Shown piece after piece: positions 1 through 12,300 of a stretch of 64,000 nt of DNA; position 1 is the stretch's first letter; every line of letters starts with the position of its first letter. The translations under genes and the position numbers were made by a program. Source of the DNA: Camelus dromedarius (Eukaryota); contig NC_087436.1 in assembly GCF_036321535.1 (NCBI RefSeq), positions 24,120,001 to 24,184,000 on the forward strand, written 5' to 3'. The notes beneath the pieces were generated by a model that saw nothing but the letters and a program-made list of their open reading frames with translations, ran no database searches and had not been told where the DNA came from.

Positions 1-430
1 AACCAGGATGGCAGAGGATTCGACTTTCAGTAGACCTTGAGCCTCACAGCACACCCACAGGCACCGTGGCAGTTCCTAGGCTGACCAAAAAAGGTCAAAA
101 AGCAGGCAGGGTGAGGGGTTGGGGGCAGTTTCCTGGAAATCCTCACCCCTTCCCCAACATAGTTGGAATAATCCTCCACTCATTAGGGTATAAAATTACC
201 AAGCCCATAAGAACTGACAACTGCACCTCATAGTCTCTCTCACTCTCACCTTCTGAGCTGGCCCACATTCTGTCCATGGAGTGTGGATCTCCTAAATCAC
301 TTTCCCTTCTGAGTGAGACGGACCCTACTCTGTCTATGGAGTGCATATCTCTAAATAAACTTGCTTTCATTTTACTATGCCTTGCTCTTGAATTCTCTTC
401 AGCGAGGCAAGGATCTATTCTCTGGCAACA
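1..430 (+). mobile_element. MER41-like ERV1 LTR (3' part)
   Basis: TATA-like tataaaa near 189; aataaacttgctttcattttact...gaattctctt..cgaggcaagga U5-like tract; ends ggcaaca. Confidence 0.72.
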
Positions 431-548
431 CCTTCCCACAGCCCTGCCTGAGTCCTTTCCAGGGCTAGAGGCTGCCCCTTCCAACGCCCCAGGGGAGAGG
501 GAGTGTGCCCTCAAGGTGTTACCAGAGACCCCTAAATTCGGAGGCTCA

Positions 549-1589
549 TGAAAGTGTGGGTGCTGGCCGCTGGCTGTGGCAGAGGAACAAAGTGAATGGC
601 TGTTTTATTGCTCAGAAGAGGAAAAGGAGAGAAAGGGCTCGAGCAGGGAGCCGTCAGCCAAGATGGCCGGTCGGGCCACGTGGACTTTTATGGGAGGCTT
701 CTGCCATCATGTGCTGGTTCCAGGTGCGCTGGAGCCGATTGCCTTTCTTTCCTGTCCTTGTTGTCATGGTGCTGGGGGTGTGTCACTTATTATGCTAATG
801 CATTACAATGAGTGTATAATGAGGTTCAAGGTCCACTGGAAGTCAAATCCTCCCCCATCTTGGGCTTCGCAGGTTCTAATCAGTTCTTGTCTCTTTTCTT
901 TGCAGCTGCCTCCTGAGACTAAGGTAAGGATAATTGGTTTCTATTCGAGGGAGGTGCAGGGGTATGATCCTGGGGGCAACAGCCTTGCTAACCAAACAGG
1001 AAAGTTGCTTTTAATCTGAATGCCAGCAATCTGGTGGACCCAGTGTCCCCTAGAAAACCATCTCTGAAGATCCTGCTCAGCCATAAATAAGAGGCAGGGG
1101 TGGGGGTGGGGCCTTAGTTCCTACAGAAAAGCTCAAAGATACTGTTATGTATATTCCTTGAGGAGGAACCAGGACCTTGCCCCACGCCTGCACCGTTTTT
1201 TCTTTTTTTTCTTTTTTTAATATTGAAACTTAGTCAGTTACAATGTGTCAGTTTCTGGTGTACAGCACAGTGTCCCAGTCATGCATATACATACATATAT
1301 TTGTTTTCATATTCTTTTTCATTAAAGGTTATTACAAGATACTGAACATAGTCTCCTGTGCTATACAGAATAAATCTTTTTTTAATCTATTTTTATATGC
1401 AGTGGCTAACATACTCCTCCACTGTCTCTGCATCCCCTCCTTTCCCAGATTAGCAACTGTTTGAATCTGCCCTTTGGAACTCAGGGAGAGTCAAGGAGGC
1501 TGAATGAAGCCTATAAGCTACTAACAAGAAACAGGGAACACAGAATGATTTGTACCAGGGAGGACCCCACAGGATCTTGCTTAGTATCA
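549..1589 (-). mobile_element. ERV1-type LTR sequence (possibly two pieces), interrupted by an L1 fragment
   Basis: Right end ccccacaggatcttgcttagtatca resembles the LTR end at 25598; tttatt at 604; left boundary uncertain. Confidence 0.55.
1197..1410 (-). mobile_element. L1 3' end fragment
   Basis: Poly-T followed by the reverse complement of the L1 3' UTR (gtttctggtgtacagcacagtg...caagatactgaacatagt). Confidence 0.85.
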
Positions 1590-2279
1590 AAGGGTCTCAG
1601 CGTATCCCTTGAGGGAAACAGTCAAGACTTTCACAGCTGTTCTCGGTCTATTACTTGTTGAATCAGTTTATAAGGGAGGCCTTTGGTTTTGTCCATCTTA
1701 GAGATAAAAAGGCTGGGACAGAGCATCCTGTCCCAGTGAACGGATCAGAATTAGGGAAGGGATTCAAAGCTTAAAACGAAGTCCACCCAGCCAGGTGAGC
1801 CTGGGTGGAATTCTAAGATGCAGAAGACTGTCCGGTCTTTGCCGGCTCCCCTTCCTCTGCTCCTACTTTCTTTGTAAACGTTGCCTCCTCAACCTCATGC
1901 CTGCCCGACACCCCAGTATCTGAGTCTTACCCTCTCTGGTCTGGCACCAGGTCCTCTCCAGAGCCAACTCCACCTTTCTACTCTAGGCCTCCCCCTTGAC
2001 CTCCCCTCCCAAACATACCTTTCTTCTCCTGCACTAACTCATGTTTGCAAAGTAAAAGGTTGCTAGTTCAGAGCCACCAGTAGTAGACCAGAAAGGGGGA
2101 CAGGCGGCCGAGACAGCACCTCCCTCCTCTGATAGCAAAGTGGGGCCACATTCACGCGATACCACACGCTCTGCTGAAGTGGGGCACAGGCCCACTGTCT
2201 ACCTTGGGAAGATATCAGCAGAAGGCTTCAAACAGATGACAGAAGGCCCCACAAGTCCCTGAAACAATTCTTCCATGAT

Positions 2280-2460
2280 AATAGCACCACCACTGTGCAC
2301 TCCAAGCCTCACCCCCACCCTATGAGGTTACTACCCCCATGTTACAGGTGTGAAAACCGAGGCTCAGAGACATTAGTAAGTGGCTCACTGGTGAGAGAGC
2401 TTGAATCTGAACCCAGGTCTGATGGACTTCAACATGAGGGCTCCTAACTTCTACTTTCTT
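2280..2460 (-). mobile_element. MIR fragment
   Basis: ccccatgttacaggtgtgaaaaccgaggctcagaga...gaacccaggtctg MIR core. Confidence 0.65.
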
Positions 2461-3736
2461 CCACATTCAGCTTAACTGAGACGGCTGACTCATTCCAAGC
2501 TGCACTGATAGCCAGACAGTGTCTTAACGTGCAGAGCGGGATCATGGTCCTTGCCCTCCTCCTCTTGCACCCCAAACTCTCGTCTCTGTGGGAAGCTGAC
2601 TTCCTGCAGCCTTTCTCTCTGCTCTGGCCCCACTCCCTACAACCTCTCTACCTTTCATGGGTGGTTTCTGATGGAAAGGTGTTTATGGCTCTTTATAACT
2701 ATCCTTTCAGTTCTCCTTTAAAAAAAAAAGTTTATGTTTTAAAAGTGGAAGCATGGTTCAGCGATGTAAAAACTTATGTCAGAACAAAGAACATAAAAGA
2801 CAGAACACTTAGAAGGAGACATACCCACCTGCACAACCCGTTGCAAAGCTATTTCACATGCTGAAGAAATCACAAACACCTCCAGCACCTGCTGTGCCCT
2901 TGAAAGGCTCTCTGGAACAAGCCTCAGTGAGAGAGTTTTGCGCTCCCCTTGCAAACATCACCAGGATTAAAGCCCTGGCACCGCCGGAGAAGAAAGCTGG
3001 AGCAGTGGAACCAGCCCTTAACGGGGAGTCAGTCAGCTACTTAACACTGACCAAGCAAGAGCAGTGAGTCAGCCTCTCTGAGCCTCAGCTCCTCACCTAC
3101 CAGGGACTTCCGATGCTGGTGCTACAATGACCGTAACCAAATTATGGGGAGAGCTTTTTAAAAGTCCAGATCTACCTTGCCACTCTGCTTGAGTCTCTCA
3201 GATAAAGCCTAGGAATCACTATGTTTAAAAGTTCCCTGAGTGATCCCACACACATTCAGATTTGGGAATCACTGAACGAGATGATATCTAAGAGACTTTC
3301 CAACTCTAAGAACCTATGATATTTTCCCTTAGTCCATCAAGGGTAACTTGACAGCATCCCCACATCCCTAGCATTGCCAAGTACATCCCAAATACTACAT
3401 AAAACACAGACACTGGTCTTTACTACAGACTAGAGACCACAAGGATGGGTTTGGATGACCATTTGAAATCAAGACCCAGGGAGGAGGTTGGCCGCCACCC
3501 AAGAGAAAATGGGGTTTGGCTCTTGCTTGTCTGGATGAAAGGCAGTGAATAGGGTCCCGTAACGCATACTTGACAGAATCTTGCTGGAAAGAATGCCTCC
3601 CACTTTAAACAGAGTGCATTCCTTGCTTTCAAAATTGTTGACAAACAGAACAAACTTGAGTTTATGTTTTTATATCCAAACATCCTTGATGAGCAAAATC
3701 TCAGTGATAATAACATCTTGTAGGGAAGAGATTTTA

Positions 3737-3873
3737 TTTTCATTTTGAGGGGGGAGAGGTAATTGGGTTTATTCATTTATTTATTTATTTTTAATGGTGG
3801 TATGGAGGATTGAACCCAGGACCTGGTGCATGCTAAGCACGTGCTCTACCACAGAGCTACAACCCTCCCCACC
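3737..3873 (-). mobile_element. tRNA-derived SINE (camelid vic-1-like)
   Basis: Reverse A/B boxes (gattgaacccaggacc...gagctac); 15-bp TSD agggaagagatttta at 3722 and 3874. Confidence 0.9.
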
Positions 3874-3949
3874 AGGGAAGAGATTTTAGATTGCAAAATG
3901 TGAGACACTAGTTCTTACTTTGGAGAATTTTTGAAAGAACTTCTATTAC

Positions 3950-4409
3950 TGTCATAGGTCGAACTGTATCTCCCCTGCCAAAAAAAGATATGTTGAAGTG
4001 CAAATTCCAGGACATAAGAATGTGACGCTAGAAACAGGATGTTTGCAGAAGTCAGGTTAAAATAAGGTCATGAGTGGGGGCCCTAATCTAGTATTGACTG
4101 GGTCCTTATAAGAGGGGAAATTTACACATGGAGACAGACATGCACACAGGAAAGACCATGGGAAGACACAGGTGGAGAAAATGCCATGTGGCTGGAGGGG
4201 TATACCTACAAGCGAAGGATTGCTGGCAAACACTGGAAGCTAGGAAGGGACAAAGAGGGATTCCCCTACACGTTTCAGAGGGAGCGTGGGCCCTGTTGAC
4301 ACCTGATTTGGGACTTCTAGTTTCTAGACCAGCGAGACAATATATTCATGTTACTTTAAGCCGCTCATTTTATGGTACTTTGTTACGGCGACTCTAGGAA
4401 ACTAATGCA
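3950..4409 (+). mobile_element. MaLR (MLT1-type) solo LTR
   Basis: TG...CA termini; perfect 5-bp TSD attac (3945-3949, 4410-4414); MLT1-like end tttgttacggcgactctaggaaactaatgca. Confidence 0.88.
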
Positions 4410-5129
4410 ATTACCAAGCTAGATTTTAAAATAATCACAACAATAATAACGGCCACGATCTGCTGCTGGATTTTAAATGCATGATCATTTTTAATCCTCT
4501 CAATAACCAATGAAGTGGGTTTATCATCCCCACATTTATTTTATTGTCATCCCCATTTTAGAAAAGAGACAGATGTGACCAAGTACGATTAAGAAATTTG
4601 CAAAGATCAGACAGCTGAAAACGAGTGGAACTTGGACTGGATCTGGGGCTATCTGACCCCAAAGCCTCCCACGTCCCATACTATAGCCTCCATGGCAGAA
4701 CTAAACCTAGAAAAGGAAACCGAAGCAATTCCTCAACTATTGATGCCAATATTAATGGCCTAGTCTCATTATGTTGTTTAAAGTAAGATTGTATGCCGGA
4801 TACCTACACTTCGGTAAATATCAAAATACATTAAGTAAAATGCAAAGTGGTTTTAAAATTGCCATCTGAGATTTAAATCAAGTAAGCAGGGATAAGCCCC
4901 TGCTTCTATTAGTATAAATTCATCAATAATTGAGTCTATATATTCATAACAGAGGTGATAAAAACAGTGATGTAAGAAGTGTGACTATTTTCACTTCACA
5001 GCTGATGAACTGGAGCCACTTCAGAGCGAGAAGGTTTGGTCTTGGAGATGCTCCCTAACAAACTTCCAGAATCAGTGTTGACTGGAGTTGTTTCAGGTTA
5101 ATGGGCCTTCCCCAAATGGAACACCTTCT

Positions 5130-5276
5130 TTTTTCTTTAAACTTTTTTGGGGGGAGGTGGGGGCAGAGAGATAATTAGATTTATTTATTTATTTTAAATC
5201 GAGGTACTGGGGATTGAACCCAGGACCTTGTGCATGCTAAGCATGCACTCTACCACTGACCTATACCCACCCCTCA
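5130..5276 (-). mobile_element. tRNA-derived SINE (vic-1-like)
   Basis: ggggattgaacccaggaccttgtgcatgctaagcatgcactctaccactga; TSD ccaaatggaac. Confidence 0.9.
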
Positions 5277-5944
5277 CCAAATGGAACCCTTTCTTATATA
5301 AAGTAACACAAGAAATTTTAGAAGAACGCCCATCAGCGCTCCCCCTGCTTTCAGAGGTGTAACTTTAAGGCAGTGAAAGCTTTGGCCTCAAGGAGGCAGT
5401 ACGAAGATCAGATACAGAGAGGACATGCCTGAAATTGCCTTGTGGTAATTTCAATGATAAAATGAAGATTTTCAATGACGAAACCTATTTCAAAACTGAA
5501 CCTATTATTTTTTTAAGCTGTATTGTCATGTTTATACTTAGATAACTCAAATGGAAATTTCCTAAGAAAGCTCATAAGCCACCAGTATTACACCTGGATC
5601 TTGGTTTTATGAAAGAATTCTCACATGTTGATTCTAGCCTCTAGAGTTCAGCAGGTAGAAGAGTTGGTGACAGCCCCACCCGCGCTGTTGCATGCAGACC
5701 TGCAAGAATGCTTCCTCAGACAGACTCAGACCTGCTGGTGCCTAGGAGACCTGGCTTTTGTCGAAGGCCTTGACCTATCAGACACAGTGGGCCAGGCCAT
5801 GACAGCTGGGCTTCCCCCCTGCTCTCCGAATCCTCCACAGCCCTGACCCTACTGCCTCCTCCTCCTCCTTCGTCTGAAACTGCTATTCCTCAAGCACTAG
5901 TATTCAAGATAAATGTTTACATTGTATTTCTTTGCAAATCAAAC

Positions 5945-6775
5945 TGTATCAGTCAGAAAGGCCATCATCAAAAAGCTTACAAATAAATGCTGGAGAGGGT
6001 GTGGAGAAAAGGAAAAGCTCATTCATTGTTGGTGGAGATGCAAATTGGTGCAACCACTATGGAAAACAGTATGGAGATTCCTTAAAAAACTAAAAATAGA
6101 CTTACCATATGAACCAGAAATTATACTCCTGGGCACATATCTGGAAAAGACAAAAACTCTAATTGGAAAACATACATGCTCCCCAATGTTCATAGCAGCT
6201 CTATCTATGATAGTCAAGACATGAAAGCAACCTAAAGGTCTATTAGCAGATGAATGGATGAAGAAGATGTGGGGTGTGTGTGTGTGTGTGGGTGTGTGTG
6301 TGTGTGTGTATAATCTCCGATCTATGGAATATTACTCAGCCATAGAATAGAATGAAAAAATGCCATTTGCAGCCACAGGGATGGACCTAGAGATTATCAT
6401 ACTAAGTGAAGTAAATCAGAGAAAGACAAATGTATAATATCACTTATATGTGGAATCTAAAAAAATAATACAAATGAATTTATTTACAAAACAGAAACAG
6501 ACTCACAGACATAGAAAATAAGCTTGCAGTTACCAAAGGGGAGGGGAAAGGGGAGGCGTATAAATTAGGAGTCTGGGACTAACGGATACACACTGTTATA
6601 TATGAAATAAATAAACAAAGTTTAACTGTAGAACTACATTCAATATCTTGTAATAACGTATAATGGAAAAGAATCTGAAAAAGAATATATATATATATTG
6701 AATCACTTTGCTGTATACCTGAAACTAACACAATATTGTAAATCAACTATACTTCAATAAAAAGAAGAAAAAAAA
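5945..6775 (+). mobile_element. L1 3' fragment (ORF2 C-terminus and 3' UTR) with internal (GT)n
   Basis: NKCWRGCGEK...[22 protein letters not shown]; aataaa and A tail near 6757-6775; (GT)n at about 6269-6309. Confidence 0.93.
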
Positions 6776-7249
6776 TTGTATCTCTTGTACCTTTTCCCTG
6801 TTTTGTTTCCTAGATTTTCAACACATTTTTTTTTTCCTACTGAGAATGGTAGGTTAAATAGGCTTTTGTGGGCTAGTCTGGGAACATTGTTCCCAGTGAA
6901 AAATGCATTCTGTGTTGGAAACAAACAACATACACAGAGAAAACTTGGGGACACGACCTCTTTGTAGAGTGGGGACTGCTTGTCCAGCCTCCTGTATCAG
7001 AGTTAAATCTTTGCAAATCTGGACAGCCCCCCCTCCCCTTTTTAATGTCTCAGTCTGGATTGGAAAGCTATGACTCTGGCCACATGTCGAAATTCCTAAG
7101 AAATAAGTGGCTTTTCTAACTGGGAGAAGGGGTCGGAAATAAAGTGATGTGACTGCCTTCTTCCTCTTTAGGAAAACACCAGCCCTCTGAGGAGAACGTG
7201 GTGGGAGGTGATTAAACTGTTCCTTCACTTGACAGAGATAATTGACCTG

Positions 7250-7800
7250 ATTAGTTAAATCATCTGACAACTATATATTGAGCATTTATGATGTGCTGGA
7301 CACCATTCTTAGTGTTCCAGGGGAAACTCTGACAAAACAAACAAGGTCTATGGGAGACTGACGCTAGGTAACAGAATAATACAAATAAACAAGAACATGT
7401 AGCGGCAAATGCTATGATGAAAACAGAACAGAGGAAGTATTAAACAGGAGAGGTGTGCCCAGGCAGCTCCTTTTGGTTGGATGGCTGGGAAGGCCTCCCT
7501 GAGGAAGGACTTTTATACTAAGACCAAAACCCAGCTATGTGAAGATTTAGGGGAGAGAATTCCTGGTAAAGGAAACAGGGGATGCAAAGGCCCTGTGGTA
7601 GGACAGACCTTGATTTTATTCCAGGAACAAAAGGGTCAGTGTGGCTGGAGGGTAGCAACGAATGTGACAGTTGCTTGCAGAGCTGGTGAGGGACCAGATC
7701 CTGCAGGGCCTTGCAACCAGGGTGAGCTGTTTCGATCTGATCTTAAGTACACAGACAACACTGGGAGGCTCTAAGCAGGGCAATGGCTTATGTGAACTAC
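7250..7800 (-). mobile_element. L2 relic
   Basis: tattgagcatttatgatgtgctggacac...ggaaggcctccctgaggaag...tgcaaaggccctgtggtagga, typical L2 3' region. Confidence 0.65.
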
Positions 7801-9059
7801 TTGAAAGGCCACTCTCTTACTCCATGAGAAAGCAAGAGCAGAAGTCGTTGGGATGGTGGCAGCCAATAGGTGCTGTGCACTCACCATGTGCCTGGGATTC
7901 TTTAAAGTGTTTTACCTGCATTACTTTGATGAATCCTCATGACCACTCTATGGAGTGGAAATTACTAGATTTTCCATATGACACATAAAGAAAATAAAGC
8001 TTAGAAAAGTAAAGAAACTTGCCCCCAGATGGTAGGGTTTCTTTTTAAATAACTGCATTTTATAAGTATGTAAGTTAAGAATAGCCGTAAGAAAACTTTT
8101 TTAAATGAGCAAAAAGAAAATATTAAATACTAGAGATCACATCACCTCAAGATACCTACTGTTAACATTTTAGTTTATGTTTTTCCAGCTGTTTTGATAG
8201 GCAAATACATTATCTACTGCTCTCAGAAAGCAGAGGACTGCTTACTTCTATACATGAAAAATTCCCAGATTACAGATTTTTTTATATTTTTATTATTAAT
8301 TTTAAGAATACTGCCCACAGATCCATTTTGAATGACAGTATAAAAAATGTTAAATCATAATACACAGAACAGAGAATACTATTGGTTAGTTAACTAACAT
8401 GAAATACTGCTTAAGAATAGAGTTAACTGAAAAAAACACAGAATATTATGTATCCTATAAGCCCATTTTGTCTGTGCTTATCTATTTTTAGAAAGTGTCT
8501 GAAAGGATATATACCATATTGTTTACAGAGGTTACTATTGGTTATTAGGGTTTCAAGTCAGTTTTACTTTCTTCTTTTTGATATTCTACCTTTCTAATAT
8601 CTCTAAAATGAGTGTTTTTCTTCTAAAAGTAATAACGAAAATGGTTATTTAAAATTACAGATTAAGACTGGATTGTTTTTAATTTAATGAAGTTCTCCAA
8701 AAAGCATTTTTCTGTCCTCTTCTATGTCCACAGCTCAAAAGTCATCTGTCAGACGTAAATTGCTCCCAAGATGGCCGTTCTCAGCAACCTGCTCTGGGTA
8801 GGCTTGGTTGGATTGGTCCCTCAATGGCAGAGAACACCCCCTGGCAACAAGCCCGCACACATCTCCTGGACACCTACGTGTCCAGACTGTACCAGGCACC
8901 ATGAAGCCTAGTGCAGCAGCAGCAGACATAATTTCTGCCCTCCTCTTCAGCCACCATCACCAGAAAAACAAACTGAGCAACTTGAACCCAAGCAGCACGT
9001 CACCTCAAATAAGGGAAGGTCACCTGGGACACCTCTAAAAAGCATACCTCCAGAGGTGG

Positions 9060-9365
9060 TCGAAAGGTACAAACTTCCAGTTATAAGGTATATAAGTACT
9101 AGGGGTGCTGTGTACAATGGAATGACTATAGTTAACACTGCTGTGTAATATACAGGAACATTGTTAAGAGAGTTAATCCTAAGGGTTCTCATCACAAGAA
9201 AAAAAAATTTTTTTGCTTTTTCTTTTTGTTGTATCTGTATGAGATGATGTGTGCTAACTAACCACATTTTGGTAATCATTTCACATCTATGTAAGTCAAA
9301 CTGCTAATGCTGTACACCTTAAACTTATACAGTGATGTGTGTTAATTATATCTCAACAAAACTTG
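9060..9365 (+). mobile_element. Old L1 3' UTR fragment
   Basis: aaggtacaaacttccagttataag...ctgtacaccttaaacttatacagtg...aattatatctcaa. Confidence 0.8.
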
Positions 9366-12300
9366 GCAGTGGGGAGCATACCTTCAGAGATAAAGTCAAA
9401 GCTCTCCTCTGCCATCCAGGGCCAGCCTTGTGTATGCTCTTGTGTTCCGTCCTCCATGGTTCCATCTTGCATGGAAGGCTTCCTCAATACTTTTTCTTTT
9501 CTCAGCCAACTTCTAGAATTGCTTTTCCACCACTTTCCTGTCATTTTCCTTTCCTCTGCATGTGGTTCTTCATAGTTTGAACAGCTATGGCTCCAATCCC
9601 AATATCACTGCTGATGTGACCTCAGACAAGTCATTTAAACATAGACTCTCAGGCTGCCTCACCTATAAATGGAGATAATACTCCATAAGGTCATTTTCAG
9701 GATTAAATGAAATCACATAGGTCAAGGTAGACAGTAGACCATCTCTAAGCACCATTCTCTTCTCACTGATCTCCTGCCCTCCTATGGCCACCCTCTAAAG
9801 GATCTCATCCCTCTGCATGAGTTGTGTGGTATGGTCAAAGGCCCAATGAGCCTTGATTTGAGCCCCATTTGGCCATGTTTTTGTTGTGGGATCCTGGGCA
9901 AGTCTTTAAACCATGGTCTAGAGGATTACTTTGAGATACTAATGAGGTCATAGATACCAAATTGCTTTCTATTCAAGACAGAAACTCTCCAAATGCTAGA
10001 AGAGTATGGTAATGAGAGAAATAGGCCCTTGGAGAAAAATTAATCTATAAACTAGATAAATTCACTGTATAACCCCAAATTTTTCAATAAGCATTTTCAG
10101 AGGGATGATTTGGAAACAGGAACGTTATTGCAAAATACCCAAATCTTACACAGGATTGGTGAGAGGGAAAAGGAAATTGACTTGCCCTCTCTCTTATCCC
10201 ATATATAACTGAGAAATGACCCTAGTCTGCTTCAAATCACAATCTTTTGCCGCACCTGAATGGGCAGAGAATCACAGGGGAGGTCAGAGAGAGGGAGCAC
10301 AGCCAAGGTGGAGGAGGCGCCCTGCCTTCCCAGCTGAGCAATTCCTAGGCTGCCCACTTCAATGGGGAACCCATGCTCAGCCAAGGCTTGAGACGCTGCC
10401 CAGGTGCCAGTTTGGGGAAAGATGCTCAGGGATCATAGAAGACCTGCCCCCATAACAGAGCTGCTCAACTAGCATGGTTCTCCAAGGAGACAGTGCAGAG
10501 CCTGCCACAGGGCTGCTGCTTTGTGTTCCTCTATCTAGAGTAGAGCACAGGAGCATTTGAGTTGGGCTCTTTAAATTGAGCTGAAATATATTCCAAAAGT
10601 TGGCCACAGCATCTTTTCCTGGGAATTGATCTCTGGACTCAGCAAAGAGGAATAGGACCTTAAATGACCTGAAAGGACATTCTGCATTCAAAAAGACTGC
10701 AAGGCAAGTCCCCAACAAAGGCCATCTCAAGAAGGGATGGCTTAGCATCAAGCCCCTCTGGGTGGAGGCTGTCTATGGGTCAAGGGTGTCATTTCAATGC
10801 CAGGGGTTCCAGAAATACTGTCAACCTCTCCTTGTTTATAACTTAACATGGTCATGTCAGTATTTTCTTTTCTGGATATTGAATTCAAAATCAGAGTCCT
10901 GTTTGCTTTCCATCTATGTTAGAGTTAATGGTACCTGCCCCCTTAAGGTAAATTTTCATAGCCTAAGTCATCATAGCAAAAGGCCAGCTTCACTACTCCT
11001 GCAAAGAAGAGGAAAATATCCTTGAGCTGGGTGTCCAGGAAAAGATGGACAACACGGTCACATTACAGGACCTGTGTACCTTTATAAACCTGATCTTTTT
11101 ATTCAAAATGCAAGGTGGCCTAAGGAAGATTATGTCACTGTTGGAAGCCCAGAAAGCAAAAAAGAAGTTCTTCTCCAAGAACCTGGAAACCAAGACACCC
11201 TCAGAAAGTTAGACTAGCAAAATCCTCACATGCAATGGATTTGACTAGAATTCAGGGGGAGTAAACCAAGACAGTGACTGAATTTGTAATTGAAGAATTT
11301 GGAAATACCCCAAATTCCCATCAAAGTGACTTGACTGTAATATCAGGAAGGTTGCAATGGAATGCGATTAGGACTTTAAAAGTGTAAATCTGCCTGATTG
11401 GCTGTATAGGATGCTATGTGCAGAAATGGGTTTGAAGAGACTAGAGCGTACAGAAAAGAAGCTCAAACTCCCAGAAGCTGGCATAGGTGGGGTGGATGGA
11501 CTGCTTCATTCTTTCGGGGCATTGTGTCAGGACTATTTCTCTTTCAGACCACACAACTAACTTCATTTATTTTAACTCTAGGCTAAGCAAACATCTGGAT
11601 GGAATTTGCCTTCTCAGGTACATTTATCTACAAAAAGAGACTGTACTTGCTATGAGTATTCTGGTCTGTTGGTCATAAATCAGGTATGTACATCAGTCTC
11701 TAGGGTCCGGTTAATGTAAGTTTATTTGAGGAAGGTCAGGGTCTGAGCCTTGATGCATGTTGTGACATTTGTGGTAAATAAGTCAGCTGGAAATGCCCTT
11801 CCATTCACTCTGCATACAGTAATGTCAAAAGATATACAATGTACCCTCCCCCTCACAATGTTAGCATTGGCACGTGACTGATTACAGGACCTAATAACCT
11901 GAATTACAGCCCAGTTAAAAAAATCTTTTTTAAGCAATAAAATAAAATGATACTTAAGAAAACAGTTTCGTTTTGATGGTCGTTGTATTTTTCAAATTTC
12001 TGCAAACTATTGATTTTTCTGAAGTACTTTCTAAAGTAGTCATTTCTTGGACATTGTTTCCAATTTTTTCTTTTTTTCTTTCTTCCCAAATTATGTCACT
12101 CAGCAGCTTCACCAGACCCAAGCCTGAAAAGAATTTTCATATCCCACAATGCAAAGACCAAAAGAACCAGGCACACTGCGGAGGAAGAATATTTGCCCAG
12201 AGTGGACCCAAACAGGGAAGACCTGGGCTGCGTCTTCACTTCCTCCATGCCCCAAAAAGGTCTAAATTTAGTTTACCAGATATACTGCAATGACATTAAC

